This document shows, in pieces, positions 18,026 to 27,639 of a stretch of 64,000 nucleotides of DNA. The DNA lies in the IMG/VR virus record IMGVR_UViG_3300030450_002056, positions 1 through 64,000 of that record, one strand, 5' to 3'. The translations under genes and the position numbers were made by a program. Below the pieces are notes generated by a model. The model ran no database searches. It saw only the letters and a list, made by a program, of their open reading frames with translations, and was not told the origin of the DNA. Positions within the stretch are counted from its first letter, which is position 1, and each line of letters begins with the position of its first letter. Origin of the DNA: a virus.

Positions 18026-18889
18026 TCACCTCATTAATTCATTCATTGTTATATAATCCAAATTGGATTTCTTTATGTTAATTAGTTCTAATACAATCTT
18101 AACATGGTTCCTCAAGCCTACTTCTGATACTTGAGTGATTTCACTTATTCTTTCTTGTGTATAATGTTCTCTTCTAATCAGAGAAACAATATAAAAACAA
18201 GCGGCTAATGTGGCTCGGCTGAATCTTTTATCAACCAAGTTATATTTATTCTCTATATACTTAGAGAAATTTTGAACATCGCCAAGATATTCAGCAGAGG
18301 GGTTAATCAATCTCGCTCCTGCACCACTGACCATACCATTTACATTTAAATTACTAAACACATATGGCTTACCTAATGCACTCCCTAATCTTTTAGCAAA
18401 CCTTAACATATATTTTACTTCAACACCTGCTAATTTTGCGTGTTCTTGGGGGGAAACAGGTATATTTAGTTCCTTCAATATAAAATAAGTTATTCCTGCG
18501 GCTCTTATTTCCATAGAAATAGTTGCTATCTTCTGCTTAGAAAGAAAGGTCTTGTAATATTTAGTTATTCTTTTTCTTATGTCTGGCCTTACCGAATATT
18601 TACTTAAAAGTGCATTCGATAATCTTACCATCCTAACATAGTAGACAGAGTTTGGTTGACCAAATTTCTGTGCTCTATAAAGAGAGAATCCTTTTCTACC
18701 ATATTTAGAAGCATCAGAAGATTTTATCGTGCTACCTAATTCTATCCCTGTTATCTCATGGTTTAATGAAAAGGTTGTTTCTTCTAATAGTTGCTGAATC
18801 AATACAAGTCCACAAGAACCACAAACTATTTCGCCTAATCTTTCTGAATAATCTAAATCATTACTATTACATTCAAAACATTTTTCCAT
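18026..18889 (-). CDS. tfb: Transcription initiation factor IIB (TFB) homolog
   Basis: N-terminal CxxC...GEIVCGSCGLV Zn ribbon, two cyclin repeats, and C-terminal TQERISEITQVSEVGLRN HTH. Confidence 0.88.
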   Translation of the reverse strand: MEKCFECNSNDLDYSERLGEIVCGSCGLVLIQQLLEETTFSLNHEITGIELGSTIKSSDASKYGRKGFSLYRAQKFGQPNSVYYVRMVRLSNALLSKYSVRPDIRKRITKYYKTFLSKQKIATISMEIRAAGITYFILKELNIPVSPQEHAKLAGVEVKYMLRFAKRLGSALGKPYVFSNLNVNGMVSGAGARLINPSAEYLGDVQNFSKYIENKYNLVDKRFSRATLAACFYIVSLIRREHYTQERISEITQVSEVGLRNHVKIVLELINIKKSNLDYITMNELMR

Positions 18890-18891
18890 AT

Positions 18892-20286
18892 TTATCTCTC
18901 CGGGAAGTTCACTGTATTTTTAATTGTGTTATATGTTGCACCATATTCTTGCATATTTAAAAGAACATTGTCTGAAATTACATGGGTCTGTGAATCCATA
19001 TACGGTTTTAAGGTTTTTATATAATTACCAGTAACCTTATCATTCATTAAGGCTAATGCTCTTGATGCCATTTGGTCACCTTCACTTGAATTACCGTGTA
19101 GGGTATCTATACAAATAGGGCCGACTAGACCAATAATAGCATTGGGTATTTCTTGATACACAGATTCAAATATTGATATTGGTGTATATTTCTTCGGTAA
19201 TATTGTCCACTCATCAATCTGATACTCTCCTATTACTTTATAGGCGTTTACTTTCTGATGCATACTTCTACTATTATTTGGTATTAACATCCAATCAGAT
19301 ATAGTGCCTCTCACTAACAAGGAATTAGATGGTATTACGTGTTCTTCTCCTCTTTGCATTTGTGTAGTTCGGGTTATAAACTTGTAGATTTGATTAGGGT
19401 GTTCCTTAGTTAAGTCTACAAGTAATTGTTGTGCTCTTTCCTCTACTCTATCTTGAGTTCTATTTTGTTGAAGGAAAGAATACATTAGATTCTTTTGAGA
19501 ATATGAAGGCATGGTTCCAAATAAAGCACACCACAAGTTTTCAGGCATTAAGGCCCATTTCTTTGAACGCTGTTTATCAAACTTATGATAATTAATAAAC
19601 TGATTTAATTCCTTAATCGTAATGGTTGCCCAAATATTTTCAGAAATTTCTAATGCACATTCTGTTTCTGAAATAATTTGTGTGTTTAATGTGACAGAAT
19701 ACTTCTTACCCCTTACTGCCGTATGGCTTAAACTAGAAGGGCGAACATCCCAAAAGGAATAGGGCGTTCTGTTTTCTACACAATACATTACATTGGGAGG
19801 GACTACAATTAATTGATTAAGATATGTATACAATTCTTTACTGTTCCTAACGAAACAAGTTTTGTATATTACTTTAGATAGGATAGACATTATATCTACT
19901 TTATTTAGTTTCATACCATTAATATAAAATTGAGATTTTGTCTGTTGATAAACCATTGTGAAATTACCATCATTAAATTTCCAAGTAAAAATACTAGAAT
20001 AATTTACTGATGGGCTATTATCTCCATTCTGAGCATATCTATACCTACTCCTTGAGGTATTTTTCTGCAATATACGCCCGTCAATAATAGTTTGTAATGC
20101 ACTCAAAATGGGGTCAAGCGTTTTATCATTAGCCATTTGAGGTCGGCAACGGAAAACAATTTCACCAAATTTATTTCTTCCCTCAACTCTACGATTATAG
20201 TTAGGGACATTACTTCTAAATAGAAAACTAGTCGTATAGTTATCCGAACTATCGTCTGGAGATGATATTTTTATTTTTATCTTCAT
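18892..20286 (-). CDS. Large hypothetical protein with a C-terminal GPICIDTL motif (possible E2-like active-site Cys)
   Basis: ORF of about 465 aa; the resemblance to the E2 motif GxICLDIL is by eye only. Confidence 0.6.
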   Translation of the reverse strand: MKIKIKISSPDDSSDNYTTSFLFRSNVPNYNRRVEGRNKFGEIVFRCRPQMANDKTLDPILSALQTIIDGRILQKNTSRSRYRYAQNGDNSPSVNYSSIFTWKFNDGNFTMVYQQTKSQFYINGMKLNKVDIMSILSKVIYKTCFVRNSKELYTYLNQLIVVPPNVMYCVENRTPYSFWDVRPSSLSHTAVRGKKYSVTLNTQIISETECALEISENIWATITIKELNQFINYHKFDKQRSKKWALMPENLWCALFGTMPSYSQKNLMYSFLQQNRTQDRVEERAQQLLVDLTKEHPNQIYKFITRTTQMQRGEEHVIPSNSLLVRGTISDWMLIPNNSRSMHQKVNAYKVIGEYQIDEWTILPKKYTPISIFESVYQEIPNAIIGLVGPICIDTLHGNSSEGDQMASRALALMNDKVTGNYIKTLKPYMDSQTHVISDNVLLNMQEYGATYNTIKNTVNFPER

Positions 20287-20611
20287 ATTTTTCACCTATG
20301 TTATTTGTTTCTTTATATGTTTCAAATTTAACTAAATCGTCTAAAGCATTGAATGCGCTATCTTTCGATAGGCCAAGCATAGACATTAGACTACGCACTA
20401 AAAAATGCGTAAAAACTGCATTAGACATTCTATCTGTCTTCAACAATTCATATCTTTTATTAATTGAGGCTTTCACTTTGATATTATCAAAGGAATCATA
20501 AACACTCTGCTCTATTTTTAGCAGAGTTTTTTTAGTATATTTTTTATATTTCACACTGTCCACCTGCACAGGCAATTTCGCCTGTAAAATCGGTAAAGTC
20601 TTCTTCTTCAA
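20249..20611 (-). CDS. Hypothetical protein (start uncertain)
   Basis: ORF track; fills the gap downstream of the RNR. Confidence 0.45.
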   Translation of the reverse strand: MKKKTLPILQAKLPVQVDSVKYKKYTKKTLLKIEQSVYDSFDNIKVKASINKRYELLKTDRMSNAVFTHFLVRSLMSMLGLSKDSAFNALDDLVKFETYKETNNIGEKYEDKNKNIISRR

Positions 20612-22451
20612 TAATAGAGGTAAAATCTAAGTTAGGAAATCTATTTTCCATATCTATATACTCTTCTCTACTAATAGTTTCATGCGGTGATTGTCTATAT
20701 GAGCCTCCGGCAAAAGGAAACACTGATAATCCATTGTAATAATGCCTATTCATCCACATCCATTCTCCTACTCCATCCCATTCATTATCACGAATACTAA
20801 TGGTAGCAGATACATTATGTGTATTTGTTCCCTTTCTATGCCCTCGCTGAATCCAACGAATAGAAAATCTCTTAACTCTATTTAGAATATCTAATGCAGA
20901 TTCACTTCGGGTTATTGGTTTAAATTCCCCTTCTCCTTTTGGAGATTTAACAGGAATTGAAAATACCGCATCATTGATATTATCGTAATCGTCTTCAATA
21001 AACTCTGGAGCATTCTCTAATAGGAATTTATACACAGGTTCTAATTTAGAAATTCTTACTCTGCGAATGTAATACTCAGACCACCAAGCATGAATACCTG
21101 ATGATGTTCCCAAAACAAGACTTGTTGTTCCTGAAGGTTTAATACAAGTTGTTCTAGCGGCCTCATTTATTCCAATTAATTTAGCAACTCTAGTGTTTTC
21201 TCTCTTTACTTTTTCTGCGGCGTGTTCAATATCCATCATTGCTACTTTATTACTAGCAATACCAGTCATTGATACACCAATTAAGGCTTCTTTCTCAGTA
21301 GTTTTTGACCAAATCTCACGCAAATAGTGAAAATCAGTGTAGGCGGCTTGCAATGTTCCTAAGAAACTTGCCGCTTTTACTCTACTTTCCAAATCCTCTT
21401 GAGAAATAATATCGGAAACATTTACTTCGCATAGATTACAAAACTGAAAAGCCCGTAATCCTATCTCACAGCAGGGGTTCGTTCCCCATTCCTTATCGTT
21501 AGATAAATAAATTCCGGGTTCTCCTTGACCACCTATTTTTATTCTATCCCATAGTTCTTTAAAAAATGGCTTAGTTATTCGGTGTCTTAGGATTACTGCA
21601 GAGTTATTTGCTCTTGCTCTATATGGTGCTTTTTCATGCCATGCGCCAGATTTAGAAGTAATCATTGCCATATCATCTACACTAAATAAAGAAATCATTG
21701 CAGACCTTCTAATTCCTCCAGATATGACTGCATCCCCAATATGGCACATCATATCATGGCATTGTAATGGTGTTAATTGGCTTCCATCTTCTTTCTCTAA
21801 GAGCATATTCTCTATTTTAACTAAACACTCCCTTAACGGTGCAGGGCCGGGTGCTTTACCACCACTAGTCTTTAATCTAGCACCTTTTGGTCTAATATCA
21901 CCATAATCAAATCTTGGGGTTGATGTTCTTTTACCTGTATATGACTCAAATAATACTTTAATTGCATCTGCCCACCCTTCGATAGAATCGTTAATCAAAA
22001 TCCTTCTATATTTATTAGTCTTTGGTTTTGATATTTCTGGTAAACAATTAACATGATGCTTTTGCACTGAAAAACCTACACCTGTTCCACCTAATGATAG
22101 AAACATTGCTTCTGAAAAGGCATCAATTGAATCAATAGGCAAATAAGCACAATTATATAACCTATTAGGAGATAATTCTATTGGCTTACCTGCAAATTGC
22201 ATTGAGCGCATTGATGGTAATATCTTCATTGGTATAACAAACTTCTCATACACTTCTCTAATTTCATCTGCAAATGTAATTTCAGACTCTAATCTATCTA
22301 CTTCATCTACATACTTGAACTTCTTTAAATGCATTTCCATATTCCTATAGCACATTTCTTCCCATGTTTCTCTTCTGTTTTCTTTCTCTATCCACTTAGA
22401 ATATTTAGTGAATTTTACTAAATCTCCTAATGCTTTAATTCCCTTTTCCAT
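20544..22451 (-). CDS. nrdJ: Class II (B12-dependent) ribonucleotide reductase
   Basis: RRETWEE, YNCAY, GTGVGF, RRSAMI, TNPCCEI, FCNLCEV, IKPSGT, and C-terminal CAGGQCEI; no beta subunit gene in the window. Confidence 0.93.
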   Translation of the reverse strand: MEKGIKALGDLVKFTKYSKWIEKENRRETWEEMCYRNMEMHLKKFKYVDEVDRLESEITFADEIREVYEKFVIPMKILPSMRSMQFAGKPIELSPNRLYNCAYLPIDSIDAFSEAMFLSLGGTGVGFSVQKHHVNCLPEISKPKTNKYRRILINDSIEGWADAIKVLFESYTGKRTSTPRFDYGDIRPKGARLKTSGGKAPGPAPLRECLVKIENMLLEKEDGSQLTPLQCHDMMCHIGDAVISGGIRRSAMISLFSVDDMAMITSKSGAWHEKAPYRARANNSAVILRHRITKPFFKELWDRIKIGGQGEPGIYLSNDKEWGTNPCCEIGLRAFQFCNLCEVNVSDIISQEDLESRVKAASFLGTLQAAYTDFHYLREIWSKTTEKEALIGVSMTGIASNKVAMMDIEHAAEKVKRENTRVAKLIGINEAARTTCIKPSGTTSLVLGTSSGIHAWWSEYYIRRVRISKLEPVYKFLLENAPEFIEDDYDNINDAVFSIPVKSPKGEGEFKPITRSESALDILNRVKRFSIRWIQRGHRKGTNTHNVSATISIRDNEWDGVGEWMWMNRHYYNGLSVFPFAGGSYRQSPHETISREEYIDMENRFPNLDFTSIIEEEDFTDFTGEIACAGGQCEI

Positions 22452-22452
22452 T

Positions 22453-22845
22453 TTAACACCTTAATTTTTTTCTATGTCTTAGTTCGTTAAGTGAACTAAA
22501 TGAATGGACAAACTCTCCATTCTTCATTATTGTCCATTCCTTTTCAATAGTGAAAACCCACTCTGGGAATGTTTCTATTATTTGTATTCCAAATTCTCCA
22601 ATTATTTCTTGAATATCAGTATACTCTTTACCTCGATATTCAAAATGACTTTCGCCATCACAAATAATGACGGCTTTCTTACTAACGGCCAATACATGAC
22701 CATTAGGATAAAAGTCAGGTTTAACTACTGTGAGTGATTCCCCACTTATTGAATAGTTTTGCGATTCTGAATGCGTCCAACCAAACGCACTCATTACTAT
22801 ACCAATTGTATTTACTGGTATAAAATTAACATTGTCTAATAGCAT
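22453..22845 (-). CDS. Hypothetical protein
   Basis: ORF track; likely start MLLDNV, since the upstream extension falls in a terminator hairpin. Confidence 0.6.
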   Translation of the reverse strand: MLLDNVNFIPVNTIGIVMSAFGWTHSESQNYSISGESLTVVKPDFYPNGHVLAVSKKAVIICDGESHFEYRGKEYTDIQEIIGEFGIQIIETFPEWVFTIEKEWTIMKNGEFVHSFSSLNELRHRKKLRC

Positions 22846-22858
22846 TTTTATAACCCCC

Positions 22859-22904
22859 AAAAAAGGAAGGAGGGGGAACATGGGCAATGCCCCCCCAACC
22901 TTCC
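22859..22904 (-). terminator. GC-rich hairpin plus U-tract downstream of the Ubl gene
   Basis: Minus strand reads GGAAGGTTGGGGGG-CATTGCCCATG-TTCCCCCTCCTTCC-TTTTTT. Confidence 0.65.
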
Positions 22905-22917
22905 AATTTAATTAGTT

Positions 22918-23118
22918 TTAATAGCCACCGACAATAGCCTGTGTTAGTGTAACTACTTCTACTTCATCCCAAGAAACCTGTGTGATTTCTTGACGAGAAA
23001 CCATTTCACCATCTATAAATACCCAATGTGTAGGGTGTTCATTAATCTGGTCAATGACCTCTTTCTGCGTTACTTCTAATTCAGTATGTCCTGTTTCATT
23101 TAATATCTTTAACAACAT
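22918..23118 (-). CDS. Ubiquitin-like beta-grasp protein (SAMP/ThiS-like) ending in GG-Y
   Basis: 66 aa: beta-beta-alpha, WVFIDGEMV strand-turn, VVTLTQAIVGG-Y C-terminus. Confidence 0.82.
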   Translation of the reverse strand: MLLKILNETGHTELEVTQKEVIDQINEHPTHWVFIDGEMVSRQEITQVSWDEVEVVTLTQAIVGGY

Positions 23119-23376
23119 TTATTGCACCTCATTTTTTTGTTTTAACTCTTCTTCTAATCCAAGTAATCGCCCTGTTAGCACATTCATTGTCTTCTCATAA
23201 TGAGCGCACAATGCTTTATGTGCATTTACTTGACTAACTAAATCATTGATTATAGTTTGGGCATTCATTATCTGCCCGTTCAACTTCATCACTAATTCTG
23301 ATAATTCACCCTTAGTTAGTTTGGGTTCTACGTCTTTTTCTTCTGTTTTCTTTTTTGTTTTACTCATTTTACTCAT
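23119..23376 (-). CDS. Coiled-coil protein
   Basis: Heptad pattern; lies directly upstream of the Ubl gene. Confidence 0.55.
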   Translation of the reverse strand: MSKMSKTKKKTEEKDVEPKLTKGELSELVMKLNGQIMNAQTIINDLVSQVNAHKALCAHYEKTMNVLTGRLLGLEEELKQKNEVQ

Positions 23377-23454
23377 CTCCAAATAATCCGATGGGCCATA
23401 ATGTTGTTATTATTACAGCACCTACGGCAAATCTAGCAATACTACCTAATTTAC

Positions 23455-24621
23455 TCATGCATTTTCCTCCCTTTCTTTTAATAATCTATCAATTTCTGCT
23501 GATGCTTGTCTTTTGGATAATTTAGATAAATCACCATCAAAATTTAATCTCAGCAAAAAGGCACATTGTTTTTCAGTCGCACTAACGAAATCTCTTTCAC
23601 TATTGATTATTTTCTCAAGGGTAGCAACTTGCGCCGATGTTGGCTCTTTGCCGCTAAGAATCCATTTACGAACAGACCTTAAGAACTTTCGTTCCCAATC
23701 ATTAGTAGCACTTTCTTCACTAAAAGGCAACATACCATACATTTTACAATTCTCTACAAATTCAGCATCTTCTGTATTTGACTTCATTTCTTCAGCCAAT
23801 ACACGGTTCTCTGCTATTCTTCTTTGATTAGCCATATTCTGCTCTTTAAGTAAAGCAACCTGTTCTTGAACCTCAATAACTCTATTTTGATATTCCTTAT
23901 CCTCTGCTTCAGTCTTATCCTTATGACCTTGAAGTAATGCAAAGAACAAATTCAAATCATTCATTAACTTTTCAGTTGGATAACCTCTTGTATGAATTTG
24001 TGCTTTAGGGTTATCAGGATGATTCCATCTCCAAACAATTGAACCCATTTTATATGTTGCACTACCATATTGACCGGAACTAGTTTTTTTAATTGTCGTT
24101 TTAGGAACATATCTTTTAATTTTAGGGTCATAATATTTCCCCTTTGTTCTAACATTAACTCTCAAATCTAATTCTTTAATTTCATTAAACATTGACTCAA
24201 ATCGCTTACCGTTATTATTCCACCAAGCATTTTTCTTCATAGTGGCAACATTAACTTTAACCCATTCTTCAATCATTTCTTCAGTAATTGCTTCTCTGGA
24301 AATATTCTGTTCTTCCTCAATAGCCCTAATAATCAGATAAGAATTGATGTGGTCTGAACCAACACATTCTCTAATATGATTTTCAGTATTATGAATTTCA
24401 AAATGATATACAATGTTATGTGTGCATAAACATTGGTCTGGGTGTTCCATAGCCCAATGAGGCCTTGATTCACCACAACCCCTCCACCAAACATTACCTG
24501 TTGCTACCCATTCATGTTTAGCCTCATCATAATCGTCTGATACAGATAATTCTGTCATTTTTCTTTTTAGAATTTTATCCCATCTTCCATTTCCTAATTC
24601 TCTTTTCCATTCTTCATCCAT
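23455..24621 (-). CDS. Hypothetical protein with a CLC...H...VGSDH metal-binding motif and a small C-terminal helical domain
   Basis: QCLCTHNIVYHFEIHN...CVGSDHI; ATEKQ...LSKRQASAEID. Confidence 0.65.
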   Translation of the reverse strand: MDEEWKRELGNGRWDKILKRKMTELSVSDDYDEAKHEWVATGNVWWRGCGESRPHWAMEHPDQCLCTHNIVYHFEIHNTENHIRECVGSDHINSYLIIRAIEEEQNISREAITEEMIEEWVKVNVATMKKNAWWNNNGKRFESMFNEIKELDLRVNVRTKGKYYDPKIKRYVPKTTIKKTSSGQYGSATYKMGSIVWRWNHPDNPKAQIHTRGYPTEKLMNDLNLFFALLQGHKDKTEAEDKEYQNRVIEVQEQVALLKEQNMANQRRIAENRVLAEEMKSNTEDAEFVENCKMYGMLPFSEESATNDWERKFLRSVRKWILSGKEPTSAQVATLEKIINSERDFVSATEKQCAFLLRLNFDGDLSKLSKRQASAEIDRLLKEREENA

Positions 24622-24851
24622 TATTCTTCCTCCAATTTAAATATCCTATTTGAAAAAGCCTTAACGCGTTTCCGCCTATTATATATTTCGCGTTTACATT
24701 CATCACAATACATTTTTTGTGGCACATAAGCAAATACACCAAGACAATCAGCAGATTGACTCTTACAAAGTGTAATTAACTTCGTTGCTATAGCCTGACG
24801 CAAAATTCTTTCATAATAAGATATTTCCTCATCCACTATTCTTCCTCCCAT
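24621..24851 (-). CDS. Small Cys-containing hypothetical protein
   Basis: ORF track. Confidence 0.45.
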   Translation of the reverse strand: MGGRIVDEEISYYERILRQAIATKLITLCKSQSADCLGVFAYVPQKMYCDECKREIYNRRKRVKAFSNRIFKLEEE

Positions 24852-25088
24852 ACTGGAATAAGAGGTGCTTCTTTCATTTCATACACTTGTTCTCTTGTGT
24901 AGCCTAACGCTTCTAACACATCATACAGTTTGTTCAATTCGTCAAGTAAATGTCTTTCCATGCTTCCGTCCATCCAATCTTTTTCACTCATATTCTCACT
25001 CCATCTTTATTCCTCTTTCTACAGTGAGGACATGACCTTGCATTCTTTGCTAAACCATAACTACATACTTCACAATGTATTTTAGCCA

Positions 25089-25331
25089 TTATTGTTCCTC
25101 TCCTAAAAATCTTGCTTGGTGAACTTCTCCTATTGCTGCAATTAATGCACAATATGTCATTGGACTCATATGATTAATTACCTTTATCCAATAATCTTTT
25201 TCCATAGAAAATGCACTGTTATTTTGTTCTGTTATGGTATCATTAATTGTATTATGAAGTTGATTGAATTGTTCATGAATAGGACTATCCTCTGGTATTA
25301 AACCATCTCTAACATCATCATAATAACCCAT
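25089..25331 (-). CDS. Hypothetical protein
   Basis: ORF track. Confidence 0.5.
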   Translation of the reverse strand: MGYYDDVRDGLIPEDSPIHEQFNQLHNTINDTITEQNNSAFSMEKDYWIKVINHMSPMTYCALIAAIGEVHQARFLGEEQ

Positions 25332-25574
25332 TTACTCCAACCTCTCAAATGCTCTTGTTTCTTTCAAGGTAGCCAATAGAATCTCATCTATCTTTTCATA
25401 AATTACAGGTGATAATCCCCCAATTGTTTTCCTATGAATTGCTAACCAAGTCTTATGATTTTCATTTATCATAACCTTAATCTCATCATTCTCATCCATT
25501 GTAATTACAATGGGTGGTAATTCTTCATCTCTAACTATTCTTAATTCAATTTCTTTCTTTGGTAATTCCATCAT
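25332..25574 (-). CDS. Hypothetical protein
   Basis: ORF track. Confidence 0.55.
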   Translation of the reverse strand: MMELPKKEIELRIVRDEELPPIVITMDENDEIKVMINENHKTWLAIHRKTIGGLSPVIYEKIDEILLATLKETRAFERLE

Positions 25575-25930
25575 TTACATCACTATTCCATTACATCTTG
25601 TGCAGATTACATTGCCTCGCTTTGAGCGAGTAGTTACAACAACCTCTAAACAAGTCTTACATACTATTTTATTCATTCTTCTTCCTCCATTTTTTTACAT
25701 ACCCTACAATATGCTTCCCCAATAACCCTACCATGACTATGGGGCTTTTTACAATTACTATAAGGTCTATTAGTCATTATTGTTCCTCCAACATGAAACC
25801 CGTTGATGTGAGCATATGCCAAACTGCATCTGCTTTTGTCTTGAAGTATTTAGCCTCACACTCATCATCATCAATGTGAAGTAATTTCCACTTGTAGGTG
25901 CTATTCCCTTTTCCTAATTTATATTTCATA

Positions 25931-26188
25931 CTATTCTTCCTCCTGCTTTTGCTTATCCCAATACTTCTGCTCATAATACAATTCGATTACACCTTCAACT
26001 GTTAAACACAGCCCGGCCAAAGCCCAAAAGAAATCAGAATCAATATCAGTATAACCTAATACATTACCTAATGGTATAATGGTTAGTGCTAACCCAGTTA
26101 CCACAATCCATTCATATCTCATAAGCATATGTTTAAAGTCGTGGTGGTCTACTTTACCATCATTATTCATATCTAATATATCTCTCAT
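25931..26188 (-). CDS. EF-hand-like two-TM membrane protein
   Basis: DMNNDGKVDHHD loop followed by two hydrophobic helices. Confidence 0.6.
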   Translation of the reverse strand: MRDILDMNNDGKVDHHDFKHMLMRYEWIVVTGLALTIIPLGNVLGYTDIDSDFFWALAGLCLTVEGVIELYYEQKYWDKQKQEEE

Positions 26189-26424
26189 CTAAAATGACCT
26201 CCATCCCATTCTGTTACTTGCTGAATAGTCCCAATTGGATGTTCAATTTCATCCATATTAGCGGGAGAATCTTCAAGATTTTTTAAATGTTCTTCAAAAT
26301 CATTTGAAGCCAAAAACCTAAACAACCTTACTCTAAATATAAACTTAAAAAGCGGAGCAACATTATATTCAATAATCATTCCGACTAACATTCCTATCCA
26401 TAGTAACCCTATCTCATATAGCAT
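26185..26424 (-). CDS. Small membrane-anchored protein
   Basis: N-terminal hydrophobic helix. Confidence 0.5.
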   Translation of the reverse strand: MLYEIGLLWIGMLVGMIIEYNVAPLFKFIFRVRLFRFLASNDFEEHLKNLEDSPANMDEIEHPIGTIQQVTEWDGGHFR

Positions 26425-26644
26425 ATTTCCACGCCTCAGTCCATTTAGTTATAAGAGCCTCTTTATCTGTCTTATCCATTAAGCCAGTAAATATAGTCCC
26501 ACTAACTAAATGTATAGCAATCTTAAATCGCTCTTTCTTTAATACTCCACCAGAACCTTCTGTGGTTATGGCTGATATATCACTTAACCTAAGCGTTGTT
26601 AGGCCACTGTCTGTCTTCAATTCATAATATTCTTTACTCATCAT
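26414..26644 (-). CDS. Hypothetical protein
   Basis: ORF track. Confidence 0.5.
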   Translation of the reverse strand: MMSKEYYELKTDSGLTTLRLSDISAITTEGSGGVLKKERFKIAIHLVSGTIFTGLMDKTDKEALITKWTEAWKYAI

Positions 26645-26979
26645 TCTTCTTCATCTCCAATTTTTTTCATTAATGATTTAATCGCTCTAAGTTCCGCATC
26701 TAATAAAGCCCACGCTTCTTCTTTGTTACCAACAATATTTGCCATTTTGTTTATTCTATCAAATCTATTTTTAATCATTGTGGCTACAAATTCGATTAGA
26801 CTAATATCTTCTTCTTTTACCTTTTCTATCATATATTCTTGGTCTTTTTTATCCAATCCCCACTCAACGGCTATCATTGATTCACAATCCCAACATAAAT
26901 ACTCACCGTAATAAATATTTTTTCTATCTTCATATAAATTAATATTTGTTGACGCACCACATCTAATACATTTATTCAT
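26641..26979 (-). CDS. Zn-finger protein
   Basis: CIRC...LCWDC. Confidence 0.55.
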   Translation of the reverse strand: MNKCIRCGASTNINLYEDRKNIYYGEYLCWDCESMIAVEWGLDKKDQEYMIEKVKEEDISLIEFVATMIKNRFDRINKMANIVGNKEEAWALLDAELRAIKSLMKKIGDEEE

Positions 26980-27188
26980 TCTTCTTTCACCTCTACATCT
27001 ATAATTTCAATAACATCTAATATCTGTTGGTTAATTCCTTCAAATACTGCCCCTATTGTAGTCATTGCATCTTCTAGAACTACCCGTTGAACATTACTTG
27101 CTAACATAGGTAATTCCTCATATGCCTCCACCATTCTATTAAAGTGGAATTTTATTTCTTCAAATTTCTTAATTGTTTCTCTACTCAT
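26976..27188 (-). CDS. Hypothetical protein
   Basis: ORF track. Confidence 0.5.
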   Translation of the reverse strand: MSRETIKKFEEIKFHFNRMVEAYEELPMLASNVQRVVLEDAMTTIGAVFEGINQQILDVIEIIDVEVKEE

Positions 27189-27373
27189 TTTTTAATCCCC
27201 TTAAACCAATGGGCTATAGAACAATCACATTCTATTGGAGTAAATACATCAATACTAATTTGTTTCATTATTACTCCCCTAATACATTTCTTACATTTCA
27301 TTTGCAAGCCTCGCATTTTCTTGTTCTATCGTGGCCCCAATGAACTTTCGCTCCACACCATCTACATAACGTT

Positions 27374-27514
27374 TTATTCTTCATACTTAAACCTCCTATA
27401 CGGCACAACTTTTGTTGAATTACAATTATCACAACATCTTCCTATTGTGAATGGTGAGGCATTATTCCCATAACCCTCATATTTCTTTTTACATATTACA
27501 CATATTTTTAACAT
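27374..27514 (-). CDS. 46-aa Zn-finger microprotein
   Basis: Manual translation MLKICVICKKKYEGYGNNASPFTIGRCCDNCNSTKVVPYRR...; AGGAG RBS upstream. Confidence 0.55.
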   Translation of the reverse strand: MLKICVICKKKYEGYGNNASPFTIGRCCDNCNSTKVVPYRRFKYEE

Positions 27515-27533
27515 ACTTATTTCTCCTTTTGTC

Positions 27534-27639
27534 GGGATAGAGAAGGAAAGGGCGAAGAACCAAAAACTCCCTTGTTACTGGTCGCGCCAGCGAAGATGAC
27601 ATGAAATTTTTTCCTTTTTATTGTAACAAACTCTATCCC
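27534..27639 (-). ncRNA. Putative structured ncRNA downstream of tRNA-Lys
   Basis: 9-bp closing stem GGGATAGAG/CTCTATCCC and nested 7-bp stem TTGTTAC/GTAACAA in a non-coding gap. Confidence 0.4.

Noticed and set aside
15134-27188. Shared C-terminal GEEE motif on many small proteins as a degron or tag
   Set aside because: It is explained by the overlapping RBS and start of the next gene (GGAGGAAGAAGAATGA / GGTGAAGAAGAATGA).
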